A stretch of DNA of 64,000 nt from assembly GCF_006345805.1 (NCBI RefSeq), contig NC_043001.1:46934001-46998000 (forward strand), given 5' to 3'. Source of the DNA: Octopus sinensis (taxonomy: Eukaryota). Below the pieces are notes generated by a model. That model did not search any database and was not told the DNA's origin. It saw nothing but the letters and a program-made list of their open reading frames with translations. Position numbers and translations under genes: made by a program. Of the stretch, positions 12,421-23,945 are shown in pieces; within the stretch, counting starts at the first letter, position 1, and every line of letters begins with the position of its first letter.

Positions 12421-13278
12421 TTTGCTACAGCCTCGGGCTGACCAAAGCCTTGTGAGTGAATTTAGTAGACAGAAACTGAAAGAAGATCATTGTATGTGTG
12501 TGTGCGTGTGTGTGTATTTGCGTTTGTTCCCCCCACCACCACCATTTGACAACCAATGTCGGTGTGGTTACATCCCTGTAACTTAATGGCTTGTCAAAAT
12601 AGACCAATAGGGTTTTACTAGGCCTACAAAGAATAAGTCCTGGGGTCGATTTGTCTGACTAATGGCAGTGCTCCAGCATGGCGACAGTCAAGTGACTGAA
12701 GCAAGTAATTGTATTAAATTATGGCTATTATTTTAAAACAAGTTTAAGAATAACAGCAGAACATTCACCGGTAGAATGATTCAGTATTAAGACTAGACAC
12801 AAATTTATCGTAAAGTTCAAGTTGACTCGGACAGGTTGAATAAACTGATTAGTGAAACTTGAAGTCAACTTGAACTTTGCAATATGTGTGTGTGAGTGTG
12901 TGTGTATGTGTGTGTATCTATCTATCTATCTATCTATCTATATATCATCATCATCATTTAGCGTCCGCTTTCCATGCTAGCATGGGTTGGACGGTTCAAC
13001 TGGGGTCTGGGAAGCCAGAAGGCTGCACCAGGCCCAGTCTGATCTGGCAGTGTTTCTACGGCTGGATACCTTTCCTAACGCCAACCACTCCATGAGTGTA
13101 GTGGGTGCTTTTTACGTGCCAGACGGAGCTGGCAAACAGCCACGGTCGGATAGAGTTTTTTATGTGCCACCAGCACGGGGGCCAGGCGAGGCTGGCAATG
13201 GCCACGATTGGATGGTGCTTTTTACATACATATACACACACACACATACATATATCTATAGTAATAAAGATAATATTC

Positions 13279-13628
13279 GATGGATGGAATTTATAATTTT
13301 AATTCATCGCTGTATGCATTTCCACAAATCACAAGTTTCTTACAATTATAGCCTGTATTCCTGAGATGGTTACAGTGTGTAGTATCCATAGACATTGGGT
13401 GGATTAAATTCCTGCAGTCATTTCTTCAAAGGATATGACTCAGGCATTCATTTACCCAGGCCATATCGCCTGAGAAAATATACACATCAATATGATCCAT
13501 CCGATGTCCATAGATATGATGGACTGTACTGCAATCATTCCAACAATATGGACTATGATCACAAGAAACATGTGATTTGTGGAAATGAACGTAGTGATGC
13601 ATTAAAATATTTATAAATTCCATCCATG
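13279..13628. repeat. Long imperfect inverted repeat (foldback/MITE-like)
   Basis: Arms of ~140 bp (ATGGATGGAATTTATAA...CATTTCCACAAATCACA(A/T)GTTTCTT...) around a ~80-bp spacer. Confidence 0.8.
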
Positions 13629-14710
13629 ATAATTATTACCACATTATATTGGCACAGCTCGGCAGAACCCCTAAAATCTGCTATTCCCAGCTAGTATCAT
13701 TAGGCTGTAGCTAGGATAATAAACTAGGAACTTTTATATGCATATTCAAAAACATTTCCCATAAACAAACTTAAAGAATACATATATCAATATATATATG
13801 TGTATATATATACATATAAAGCGCTCTCTCTCTCTATATATATATATAGTACAAAGGTAGGGGTTATGAATGTAACCCACTATGGGATATCAATTATCCA
13901 ATATACTGTTGGTAAAGTACCCAAATTCTTAATACATAAATGAAACAGCTGTAAGAAGTAGTTTATGAATTTCAATAATTTATAATATGACTTTTAAAAT
14001 ATGTATTTGTATTATTTTTATTATTATATTACCTATTGATTTATATAATGTTTTGTTTGCTTTTGATGTTCTCATTTGTATACTTAATAAATAATGTAAA
14101 ATTGTAATATCCGTAAGTTGATGAACGAGATGAATTTGATTCTCTATTTTCTTATTTGTATTATATATATATATATATATATATACTAGCTGATGTACCT
14201 AGTAATTCCCAGGAAAGCAGGGCTTATCCCTTGGTTCCATCCATTCTCATAATTGTTTCGCTGATCCAATAATAACAATACAATAAGTTATGAATACCCA
14301 AATTGTGAAGTCAGTTATGTAATAACATGAAATCAGTTACCCAGTCATAAGAATTCAAGTAAAGTAGCCCTGAAAAGGGCTTTTGTGTGTTCCCAGAGAA
14401 TATTACCCTCAGTGGTGCTAGTGTTGGTATATTTGTGAATAAGTCACTAACCGAAATAAGTGGATCTATTGTTTAGGAAAATACTATTTACTTGTTTAAG
14501 TGTTGTGCTGGATAAATTGCGAAAATAACTCTAACATTTCAAATACTAAGAAATAAGCATACTCAATTTGATTTATACCAAATGATTTAGGAAACTGAAT
14601 GGATTAGTTCCCTTGGCTATACATACATATATACATACATACATACATATATACATACATACATATACATACATATATATATACATACATACATACATAT
14701 ATATATATAT

Positions 14711-15013
14711 ATGCCGTTTTTACTTTTTCGTTTCTCGTTGAGTTCTACGTCTATTTGTGGTGTCCTGTACACACGTATATATATTTATATATGCATGTAT
14801 ATATACATGTAGATGTAGGTACATACATATATGTTTGTATATATGCATATATGTTAATTATTACACTATTGTATGACTGAGTGCCCTCGCGTCGATTCGA
14901 TTTGTTTGGTTTCGTTTCTTCTTCTTCTCTAAGCTGGTTTTTATATATAATTATGATGCGAAACTCTATAACTCCTTCTTCTCTCTCTCTTTCACCCTCT
15001 TTGGCTTCCTTCC

Positions 15014-15050
<37 letters not shown>

Positions 15051-15642
15051 TCCTCATCTCTCACACAGCTGGATCGACGAACTTCCTTTCCTTGGCGGCC
15101 TTCTTCAAGTAAACATGTTTCTTCTTGCGCTCGTGAAAAAATTTTTTTCCTCGTCTAGGCTTATAGGCCCTCATTATTTGTTTTCCTGTCCTGTTTCTAC
15201 CCCTTCTTGTACTGTATTTTTTGTAATTGTATTTATATTTTGTATTTGTTTTTAATTGTATTGGTTTTACGTCCTGTTTTTGTCACAATTTTTTTTTTCC
15301 TTGTTTTTACACCTCTGCAAAGGAATTTTATTTAATTCTTTCGCAGGAAGGACTAGTTCAACGAGATGTGTTCTGTCCTCACCTTCGAAACACGCTGGAG
15401 TTGAACTAGGGACAGCTGATGAAAGGGATTTTTCCTTGTGTAGTTGTCTTGTACTCTGTTTTTTCGTTGTTAAAAAAATGGTCCGTTCCATGCCGTTTTT
15501 ACTTTGTCGTTGAGTTCTACGTCTATTTGTGGTGTCCTGTACACACGTATATATATTTATATATGCATGTATATATACATGTAGATGTAGGTACATACAT
15601 ATATGTTTGTATGTATGCATATATTTTAATTATTACACTATT
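14711..15642. mobile_element. ~930-bp element bounded by ~160-bp direct repeats (Penelope pseudo-LTR-like)
   Basis: Near-identical direct repeats 14711-14870 and 15490-15642. The interior minus strand has a weak resemblance to the PLE C-terminus (ISLDEEK.F...). Confidence 0.55.
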
Positions 15643-16289
15643 ATATATATATATATACATATATAAGCAATAAGATATAAAGAGGTGATGCTTCAATTTA
15701 AGTAACTAATTCAACTGACTCTCAATTATATATATATATATATATATATATCATCATCATCATCATCGTTTAGCATCCGTTTTCCATGCTAGCATGGGTT
15801 GGACGGTTCTACTGGGGTCTGTGAAGCCAGAAGGCTTCATCAGGCCCAGTCAAATCTGGCAGTGTTTCTACGGCTGGATGCCCTTCCTAACGCCAACCAC
15901 TCCGTGAGTGTAGTGGGTTCTTTTTACGTGCCACCCGCACAGGTGCCAGACAGAGCTGGCAAACAGCCACGAACGGATGGTGCTTTTTATGTGCCACCGG
16001 CACGAGGGCCAGTCGAGGCTGGCAACGGACACATATATATATATATATGAGAAAACATGTTCAAAAAGAACAATTCAAACTTTCTGTGGGATCCAAAAAG
16101 AGAGAATAGGTGATTTCTAATAAGGATTCATGAAAAACAGCCAAAACGGGTAATAAGAATATGAAAATAATATTTGAGGAGATTCGTTATAGAATCTACT
16201 GTATTTGAACATTTTACTATCACTGAAGATAACAAGTATTTTGCGTCAAAGAATATATGATAGTGAAGATAGTGATAATGAGGATACTG

Positions 16290-16620
16290 AAAACTTTGTA
16301 GCAGCAAAATAAGTACTTATAGTGGTTCTGATAAAAAATGCTCCTTCAAGAGCAAGTAATTTGAAAAGACATTTAGAGTGCTTTCATCTAAAAGTCTTAG
16401 AAAAAGTAAATGAAAAGGATGAAACAAGTGTAAAAGGCCCAAGTGCACAAGAAGCAAAGCCAAGTACTTCAACTTCAGTCAGTGGAATATCAACTGCAAA
16501 GCAAACAAGTGTCACAAGGTTCTTTACTTCTGACAAAATAACGATAACAAGGACTGCAGAAACATTTAGGAAGTGTCTTATTGATTTAGTTGTAAAAAAA
16601 GATAAGGAATGGAAGATAAG
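16290..16620 (+). mobile_element. hAT transposase N-terminal (BED-finger) remnant
   Basis: SNLKRHLECFH followed by KQTSVTRFFTSDKITIT...FRKCLIDLVV. Confidence 0.6.
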
Positions 16621-17699
16621 GTACAATTGATAACCGAGGCTAAAACTATATTACAAGTATCTATGAAAAACTAATTAAAAAATATGTTAAAATTACAGAT
16701 GTTTATTACTAAAAATGTCTGAAAAAATGGAAAAATTGCTTTTCATTACATTCGCTTAACTTTTGTTGTTGGAGGAATGGCAGTGTCTTACTACACCTGA
16801 AGTAGTTGACTATTTTGGCATTTTGCAGGAATTCTTTCCTGAATCCCCACAAAGATAGGCTTGGGTGTAGCTAAGCGGTAAGAAGTTTGCTTCCCAGCCA
16901 CATGGTTATGGGTGCAATCCATCTGCATGGTACCTTATGCAAGTGGTTTCTACTGTAGTCTCAGGCTGACCAAAGCCTTGTGTGTAGATTTAATAGACAG
17001 AAACTGAAAGAAGTCCATTGTATATACGGGTTTGTCCCCCACCACCACTTGACAACTGGTGTTACTGTGTTTACATCCCCAAAACATAGTGGTTTAGCAA
17101 AAGAGACCGTAGAATAAGTATCAGGTTTATAAAAAAAGATAAATAAGCACTGGGGTCAATTTGTTTAACTAAAATTCTTCAAGGTCAATACCAACTAAAA
17201 TTCTTCAAGGCTGCAACCATTATGACTGAAACAAGTAAAAGATAAGATGAAGATATGACAATTTTGATGTTTGTTTAAAACCTTAGGTGTAACTAGATGA
17301 CTGGACATTATGAAACAGTCAGAGCTATTAAAAATGAATATAGAAGAAAAGCCAGAATGAAAATGAGACCCCCCCACTACAAAAAAAATAATAATTTAAA
17401 CACCAAGTAGGTAAAGCTGCAATATGCTGTCTTAACAGAAGCACTGGGGAGTTTTGGCAAAACAAGAAGCTCCAGGCTTTGGTTTTGGTGTATTTGAAGG
17501 TCATCTACTATCAACTTTACTTAAAAGAATATCAACCCTTTACGATTTAAACTGGCCAAATTCAGCTGAAATATTCTACTTGTTTTATGTTCAAACTGGC
17601 CAGATATGGCCTCTCACCCCTATCCTATAATGTCATTCTAAAAATATACAATTGCATCATCAAAATCTCAAACCTAAGCATTACATTTGATAAAATAAT

Positions 17700-18650
17700 C
17701 TGAAGGGTTAAAGAACTCAGAGAAAATTGATCTGATAAGATTGCACACAATGAATCAGAAGTGAAAGGTTTGTGTGAAGATTTCACCTCAAATTATTCTG
17801 ACACTTCCACATTACTACAAAGAAATTTTCAGATGGAACAAGTGGTAGTACATCTTTGAGATGAACTGATAAATGTAGAACAAAAGTTCTAAATCAACTC
17901 CATGGCTGCTTGGTAATCCATTTACACAAGACCCATTTCAATACATTGTAGAAAGGTTCATGTAAATGTCAGAATTAGTGAACAGTTTTGAAATTGATGT
18001 GGACAGTATTAAACTTATGATATCATTTTACAAAGGTGATACTGACCAGAAATTAGTAAACAAGTGTTATCTAAAGGAATATCTGCACCTTAGAAAATTT
18101 CAGGACACATAAGAAAAGATGTCAAAAATGCAATGTGCAGAATTTTTTCAGCTTATTTGTAAGCAACACCTAGTTAAACAGTTCCCTAATATTGGTTTCA
18201 AATTTTAGCACAAGGCAACCAATTTTGAGGGAAGGTGTAAGTCAAACACATCAACCTCAGTGCTCAACTGGTACTTGTTTTATTGACCCCGAAAAAATGA
18301 AAGGCTAAGTTGACATTGGCAGAATTTGAGTCCAGAATGTAAAAGACAGACGAAATGTCACATGTCACTGAGAATTTTGCCTGGCATAGTAACGATTCTG
18401 TTAGCTTTACCGCCTTAGAGTTACCTAATATTACTCATATGTTTAAAGTGTACTTGACAATATCTATCATGAATTGAGAAATAGGAAAAAAAATTTTTCA
18501 GACCTATCCTTTATAAAGAACAAGTGTCAATCATGACTGAAAAGCACTTAAATTCTTTATGTACAGTGTCTCCAGAAAATGATATGAGGATTTCTTACAA
18601 CAAAACTGTGAGTGAATATGTTGCTAGAAACAAAGAGTATATTGTAAAAT
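17700..18650 (+). mobile_element. hAT transposase C-terminal remnant split by a SINE (~18190-18415)
   Basis: Degenerate ...VKQFPN / MTEKHLNSLCTVSPENDMRISYNKTVSEYVARNK, like the M.QERL..L...SIE C-terminal motif. Confidence 0.55.
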
Positions 18651-19541
18651 ATGCTTTCATATAGCATGTACTATTTCATGGGATGTATGTTAAATAGTGT
18701 TAATGGTGTAATATAAGTAAACAAATAGTGACGTTCTAATCTTTTGCGTGTACAATTTCATATCCTATGTCATTTTCCCAAGATCCTCTTTCATTTGATG
18801 AAGATATTTTAAACTCGTTGCATTTATAATCTTTCTGATGTCTAATAATGGTTATCGATGTGTACGAGCCTTTTCTCAAACATATTTCAAATGTATTTGC
18901 GAGGAACTGAAAAAGCAAATTTCACTTTGTCATACTTTTTTTGCCCCGCCTAAATTTGTGTTTTGCATGCTCAAAGAGATCAAAGATAATTTTCTGAAAT
19001 AGTGTTCTGAATATGCTTTAGTGTTTCTAATGCATTTAGAAAAGGTCATTTGCTTAGCTGATATAGTTTTTGTAAAGTATTGAACATTTGCAAAGAAAAA
19101 AATAACGAAAGAAATTTTTCTTAAAGTAAAAAATGTAGTAAATATTACTCATTATGCCCCACCCATCCCTACCCAAAACCTGAGATTGCTCCCACCACAA
19201 AAATATAAACACTCTAAAGTAGCTAAAAAATTATAAAATAGCCAACCGTAATTTATGCCATATTTTCCCAGCATTTTCATTCAAGTTAGTTGACAAGCCT
19301 GAAGGAGTGACTTCACCTGGTTATATAGGTGATCAAACGAGAAATACTGAATATAACTCTCTAAAAGTGTTCCTGAGGAGAGATGTCTAGCAACCCAAAA
19401 CTTTTGTCTCGCAGTTTCCCCAAGTTCCGACTAGTAGGTATTTGTATACAAAGTAGGATAATCTAGATCGGTGAAATACAGTCTATTACTATGCATATTA
19501 TTTACATTTGACGGACATTTGTCCTCATCTTGTTTGCTGTT

Positions 19542-19587
19542 AACACAACGTTTCGACTTATATACACACCAGCCTTCATCAGATATC
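19542..19587 (-). ncRNA. Minimal hammerhead motif (family C), intact core
   Basis: GAUAU-CUGAUGA-A-GGCU(GGUGUGUAUAUA)AGUC-GAAA-CGUU-GUGUU; stem I has G-U wobbles. Confidence 0.6.
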
Positions 19588-19899
19588 TTGGGGAAGATTT
19601 CGAACCTGGGTTCTCATTCCTAAGGTATTTTTCGATGTTATTATTATTATTATTATTATGGCATTCCTTCGATATAACTCGACAAAATCAAAACATTTCC
19701 CTTCGGGTATTTCCGTAGCTTATGGAGTATAGATATAATGAAATTATACCAGCAATATCTCATTTTAATGCATCCTTGCATATTTGTTCTTACCTGTTTC
19801 AGTCGAGTTATATCGAAAGAATGCCATTATTATTGTTATTATTCAGGTCACATCGAAAAATACCTTAGGAATGAGAACCCAGGTTCGAAATCTCCCCAA

Positions 19900-19947
19900 G
19901 ACACCTGATGAAGGCTGGAGGGTATATCAGTCTAAACGTTAGGTGTT
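19900..19947 (+). ncRNA. Hammerhead motif (family C), degenerate partner
   Basis: GACAC-CUGAUGA-A-GGCUG(GAGGGUAUAU)CAGUC-UAAA-CGUU-AG-GUGUU; G12>U plus a 2-nt insertion. Confidence 0.5.
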
Positions 19948-21082
19948 AATAACAAACAAGGTGAGGACAAATACCCGTCAAATGTAAATAATTCCTCATC
20001 TCTTAAATATAGAACTGTATTATTATTATTATGCATGTTCTAACGATTGCACAGCTGATCATATAAGCAGGCCACACGTTACCCTGTAAATGCATTTCAA
20101 GGAGTAGCCTCGTATATTTTCGAATAAGAACGTAAACAAGCCTGATTACTTCTACAGTGAATTCGATTGCTATTTCTTTGTGGACAAGAAGTTTTCGAGA
20201 TCGATCGCGATTGAGGAGTCGAAAGTCTATTAAAGAAAGTATTACTGATATTTCCTTTGAAAGAATATTTCGACTCGTTGATCTTGGGGGGTCTCTTCTG
20301 GGTCGTCACGCCCAGAGTGACAAATAGCATTACTTGTAGCAAATAGGTTATGTCACTACTCTAATAGATCAAACTATATATATACAGTTATTTAATCGAT
20401 CGAAAGTATTACTATTCCCTTTGAAAGAATATTTTAACTCGTTGATGTCGAGGGTCTCTTCTGGGTCATTTCAAACGTTTGAAACGTTAATGCTTTTCTG
20501 TTTTTTAAGAAAACCTAATGACTTTTGTGCTTGCCTTGTATTCTAACATACTTTTTCTATTCGTTTAAGTTTACAACAATAATATAGAGTGCCTTTCCGA
20601 ACGGTCATCCTGTTCTTTACATGGAGGCTGTAACATTAGGGAGAATTGGCAGTTATTTCCAGCATATCTGATGTCTCCATAAAGGCTCTCTCACGAGTTC
20701 AACGTACACAACAAATGGGTGTGTTAGAGCATGGATGAGACTACAATATATTCGTAAACACAGACACTCACAAAGACACACAAAGACAAACAAACACTCA
20801 CAGAGCCAGTAAAACAAAAAGAGAAAGGCAGGTAGCAAAATAATTTAAACATAAAATGGATTGAGTAACAGACGAGAGAGAAAATGGAAAGAATAGATTA
20901 ATTGAAAGGCAGTCGAGGAAAACAATGATAAAGATAAAACCGAGAGTTCGATAAATATACAAAACAGCGAAAGAATCAGAACGGTAGGACATACAGAATC
21001 GAGGGTGTATGATTACGAGAGGCTTAACGAGGAGTAGAGATGTATATGATAGATGAAGGAGAGAAACAGAATATATACTCAC

Positions 21083-21196
21083 ATCATCGATTTTCTTTCG
21101 TAATATATAGCTAAAAAGTGGGAACATACCACCACCAATTGCCGCTATAACGAACCCTGAAACAAGTAATCCTATTATTGGTTTGGTAAACAACAT
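21083..21196 (-). CDS. CD36/SCARB-family scavenger receptor class B, coding exon 1 (N-terminal TM helix)
   Basis: ATG at 21196-21194 encodes MLFTKPIIGLLVSGFVIAAIGGGMFPLFSYILRKKIDD (38 codons). A short tail, a Gly-rich hydrophobic helix and a basic end match the CD36 family N-terminus. Donor GAT|GTGAGT, phase 0. Confidence 0.88.
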
Positions 21197-22869
21197 CTTG
21201 AAAGACGGGTAAGATGTGATCTGATTAAACAGGCAACTTAAATCGTTGACAACCAACCGAGTAAAGATTATAAAAACAGCGGTTTAAATCAACAAGGGAG
21301 ACAACTCTACATAACTGTGTTCGATATTTACTGGAACGCATGGGAGAGAGGAGAGAGAGAGAGAGAGAGATGGATGATGTGTGTGTGTGTGTGTGTATGT
21401 ATGTATATGTATGTGTGTGAGACAAACGAAAGCGTGTAGCACACAACACAAACAGGATGAATTATATTTTTAATAACAGTTTGATTCAGCTTCGCCTGAC
21501 TTAAAATTGCTTGGGCGTGTACACACACACAAACATTCACAACTATAAACATGTATATCCTCATACACAAATACATTCTACTCTGATCAACTTACTCACA
21601 AACATATATATATATATCACACGGCCACAGCCTTGGACTGAAACATATAAAGGAAATAAATACATACATATACACCTACATAATCACATACATACGTCGT
21701 CATATATACTCTTTTTCTCACCCTCTTTTTGTTGTGAATCTCTCTTTCTGCTTTCCACTAATACATATTCCCATACAAATAGACATTCACAACTACTTTT
21801 TCTGCAGTTACAAGGTATATGCATAGAAACACACACACTGATTTAATTCACTTCACTTTTGCTTTTACATGTACTGATATCAAATCATAATAATGACGTC
21901 ATGTACATGTTTTGTCTTGGTGTAAAAGATGGGCTACTGCAAATATTCTGCTCAATACCACAGATTTGCTTGTCAGTTGTTTGACCTGAACCAGTTGAGC
22001 ATATGTCTTGGTGACTGAGTATATGTGCATCTTTGATCATGAGCAGGAGTAGTGCGGGAGCATCATAGCTATGTGTTGAGAGGAATTCTATGGGGTTTAA
22101 ATAATTCACTTCTGGAAACGTGGGGGTTTCGTCCAACATCCTTACACAACCCTTATTCAGGGACCTGTTGAGTGGGATGGGCTACTCAGCCTGAAGAAGA
22201 TTCTAACTGGGACCCACCTCCAAGGTCATGCGCTGTTTGTTATAATATGAGATCACCATGTTACACACATATGGTTGTGATACATGTGCTTTGTGTACTC
22301 TTATCAGATGGGTAGTCATGATGGATATATTGAGCTTTATACATTTGTACCCCAGTGTCACTTTGATGGCATGTGCTGCTCTCTCATTCATATTATAATC
22401 CTTTCTGCTGAAGGCAAAAGGCCAGGAATTTGTGTTTCACTGGTACTTAATTTATTGATCTCGAAAGGATGAAAGGCAAAGTCGACCTCGGCAGAATTTG
22501 AACTCAGAACATAGCAACAAGTGAAATACTGCTAAGCATTTCGTCCAGTGTGCTAACAATTCTGCCAGATAGCCACCTTAATAATAATAATAATCTTTTC
22601 TACTCTAGGCATTAGACCCGAAATTTGGGGGGAGGGTGCCAGTCGATTATATAGACCCCATACGCAACTGGTACTTAATTTATCGATCCCGAAAGGATGA
22701 AAGGCAAAGTTGACCTCGGTGGAATTTGAACTCAAAACTTAGCCACAGGCGAAATGCTGTTAAGCACTTCGTCCAGTGCGCTAGCGATTCCGCCAGATAG
22801 GCACCTTAATAATAATAATAATAATAATAATAATATAATAATAATAATAATTATTATAATAATAATAAA

Positions 22870-23945
22870 GATGGGTAAAGGTGGAAGTGGGCTAATTAGC
22901 GTATGGGTGTGCATCAACAGTGAAAGAAGAAACATGGCAGAATATTTAGTAAACTGCAAGTAAGACCTGCTACAGTAAGTTGCTAATGCAGAAGGGTTTA
23001 ACAAAAATGGACTTGAGAATGCTCATAAATTCCAATCAAGAATAGCCAATGAGAGAGAAGAAACCCTACTCTGCATGGCATTACATGGTCATTTCCTCCG
23101 TGAAACCAGCAAATTAAAAAACCAGGAAGCATCATGGAGGTAGCTTAACAAGGGTGATCTAAAAAACAATAATGAAAGCCTAATTGCCGCTGCCCAGGAC
23201 CAGGCGTTGAATACCAACTCAGTAAAAAAGAACATATACCATACGAGTGCAACGGACCTCTGCAGAATGTGTGGAAAGAGAGTCGAAAGTGTGACTCACA
23301 TTGTTAGTGCTTGTGAAAGTCTTGCGCAGAAAGAGTACAAGTGTAGACACGACAAGGTAGCCCAAAACCTCCACTGGCTACTATGCCGTAAGTATGGCTA
23401 TGAGGTTATAGGTGCTACTATGCCTTAAGTATGGATATGAGGTTACGGGTGCTTGGTACCAACATACTCCAGAAGAGGTAATGGACGAAAAGGGGAAGGC
23501 AAAATTCCTCTGGGACTTTGACTTCTAGACAGACAAAGTATTAGAGGACTGAAGGCCAGATATAGTAACCTTTAGGAGGGACAAGCAAGCGTGCTTAATA
23601 ATTGACATGGTAGTGCCCGGAGATCAACATATCATCATGAAAGAAAGAGAAAAGGTTGATAAATATGGATACCTGAGAATTGAGATCACTAAAATGTGGC
23701 AGCTACGAGATTCAAACATAAAGGTTATCCCTATTGTCATTGGAGTATTGGGTTCAATACTACCCAGTCTGAGAAAAACATCTGAAAACTTTAGAAATAC
23801 CCTACAATCTAGGTGTATTGCAAAAGTTGGTATTACTTCAAACTGCATGCATATTGTGTGAAGTACTGTCTGTCTGAGGTCCTTGTTGTGACTTGACAAA
23901 CAGTACAAACCCCCGGTAGACACAGTATCTTCAATCAACAACCTC
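22870..23945 (+). mobile_element. 5'-truncated R4/Dong-like non-LTR retrotransposon (REL endonuclease)
   Basis: Zinc knuckle CRMCGKRVESVTHIVSAC, RHDKVA, then PDIVT...IIDMVVPGD...KEREKVDKY...VIPIVIGVLG (PD-(D/E)xK type). Frameshifted by a ~37-bp tandem duplication near 23390-23460. Confidence 0.85.

Noticed and set aside
12987-13364. Recurrent MDGSTGVWEARRLHQAQSDLAVFLRLDALPNANHS ORFs (also 15799, 38014, 40548)
   Set aside because: A reading frame through a dispersed SINE family; ends vary and copies are disrupted, so this is not a protein family.
13279-13628. Hammerheads within this inverted repeat (GAAACATGT; CTGAGATGGTTAC)
   Set aside because: The core elements are not in the required order or spacing on either arm.
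13850-14150. Penelope 3' end with hammerhead-like TTGATGA
   Set aside because: Too degenerate and truncated before any GAAA.
15409-15447. Additional hammerhead
   Set aside because: CTGATGA, stem II and stem I are present but GAAA and stem III are missing.
19299-19340. Degenerate family A-like hammerhead (CTGAAGGA...CACCT/AGGTG...CAAAC)
   Set aside because: Both core strands deviate and there is no NUH/stem I; cannot be supported.
20798-21256. 152-aa ORF as a complete gene
   Set aside because: Only 21196-21083 is exon; the rest is read-through past the GTGAGT donor, and the listed start is a non-ATG codon.
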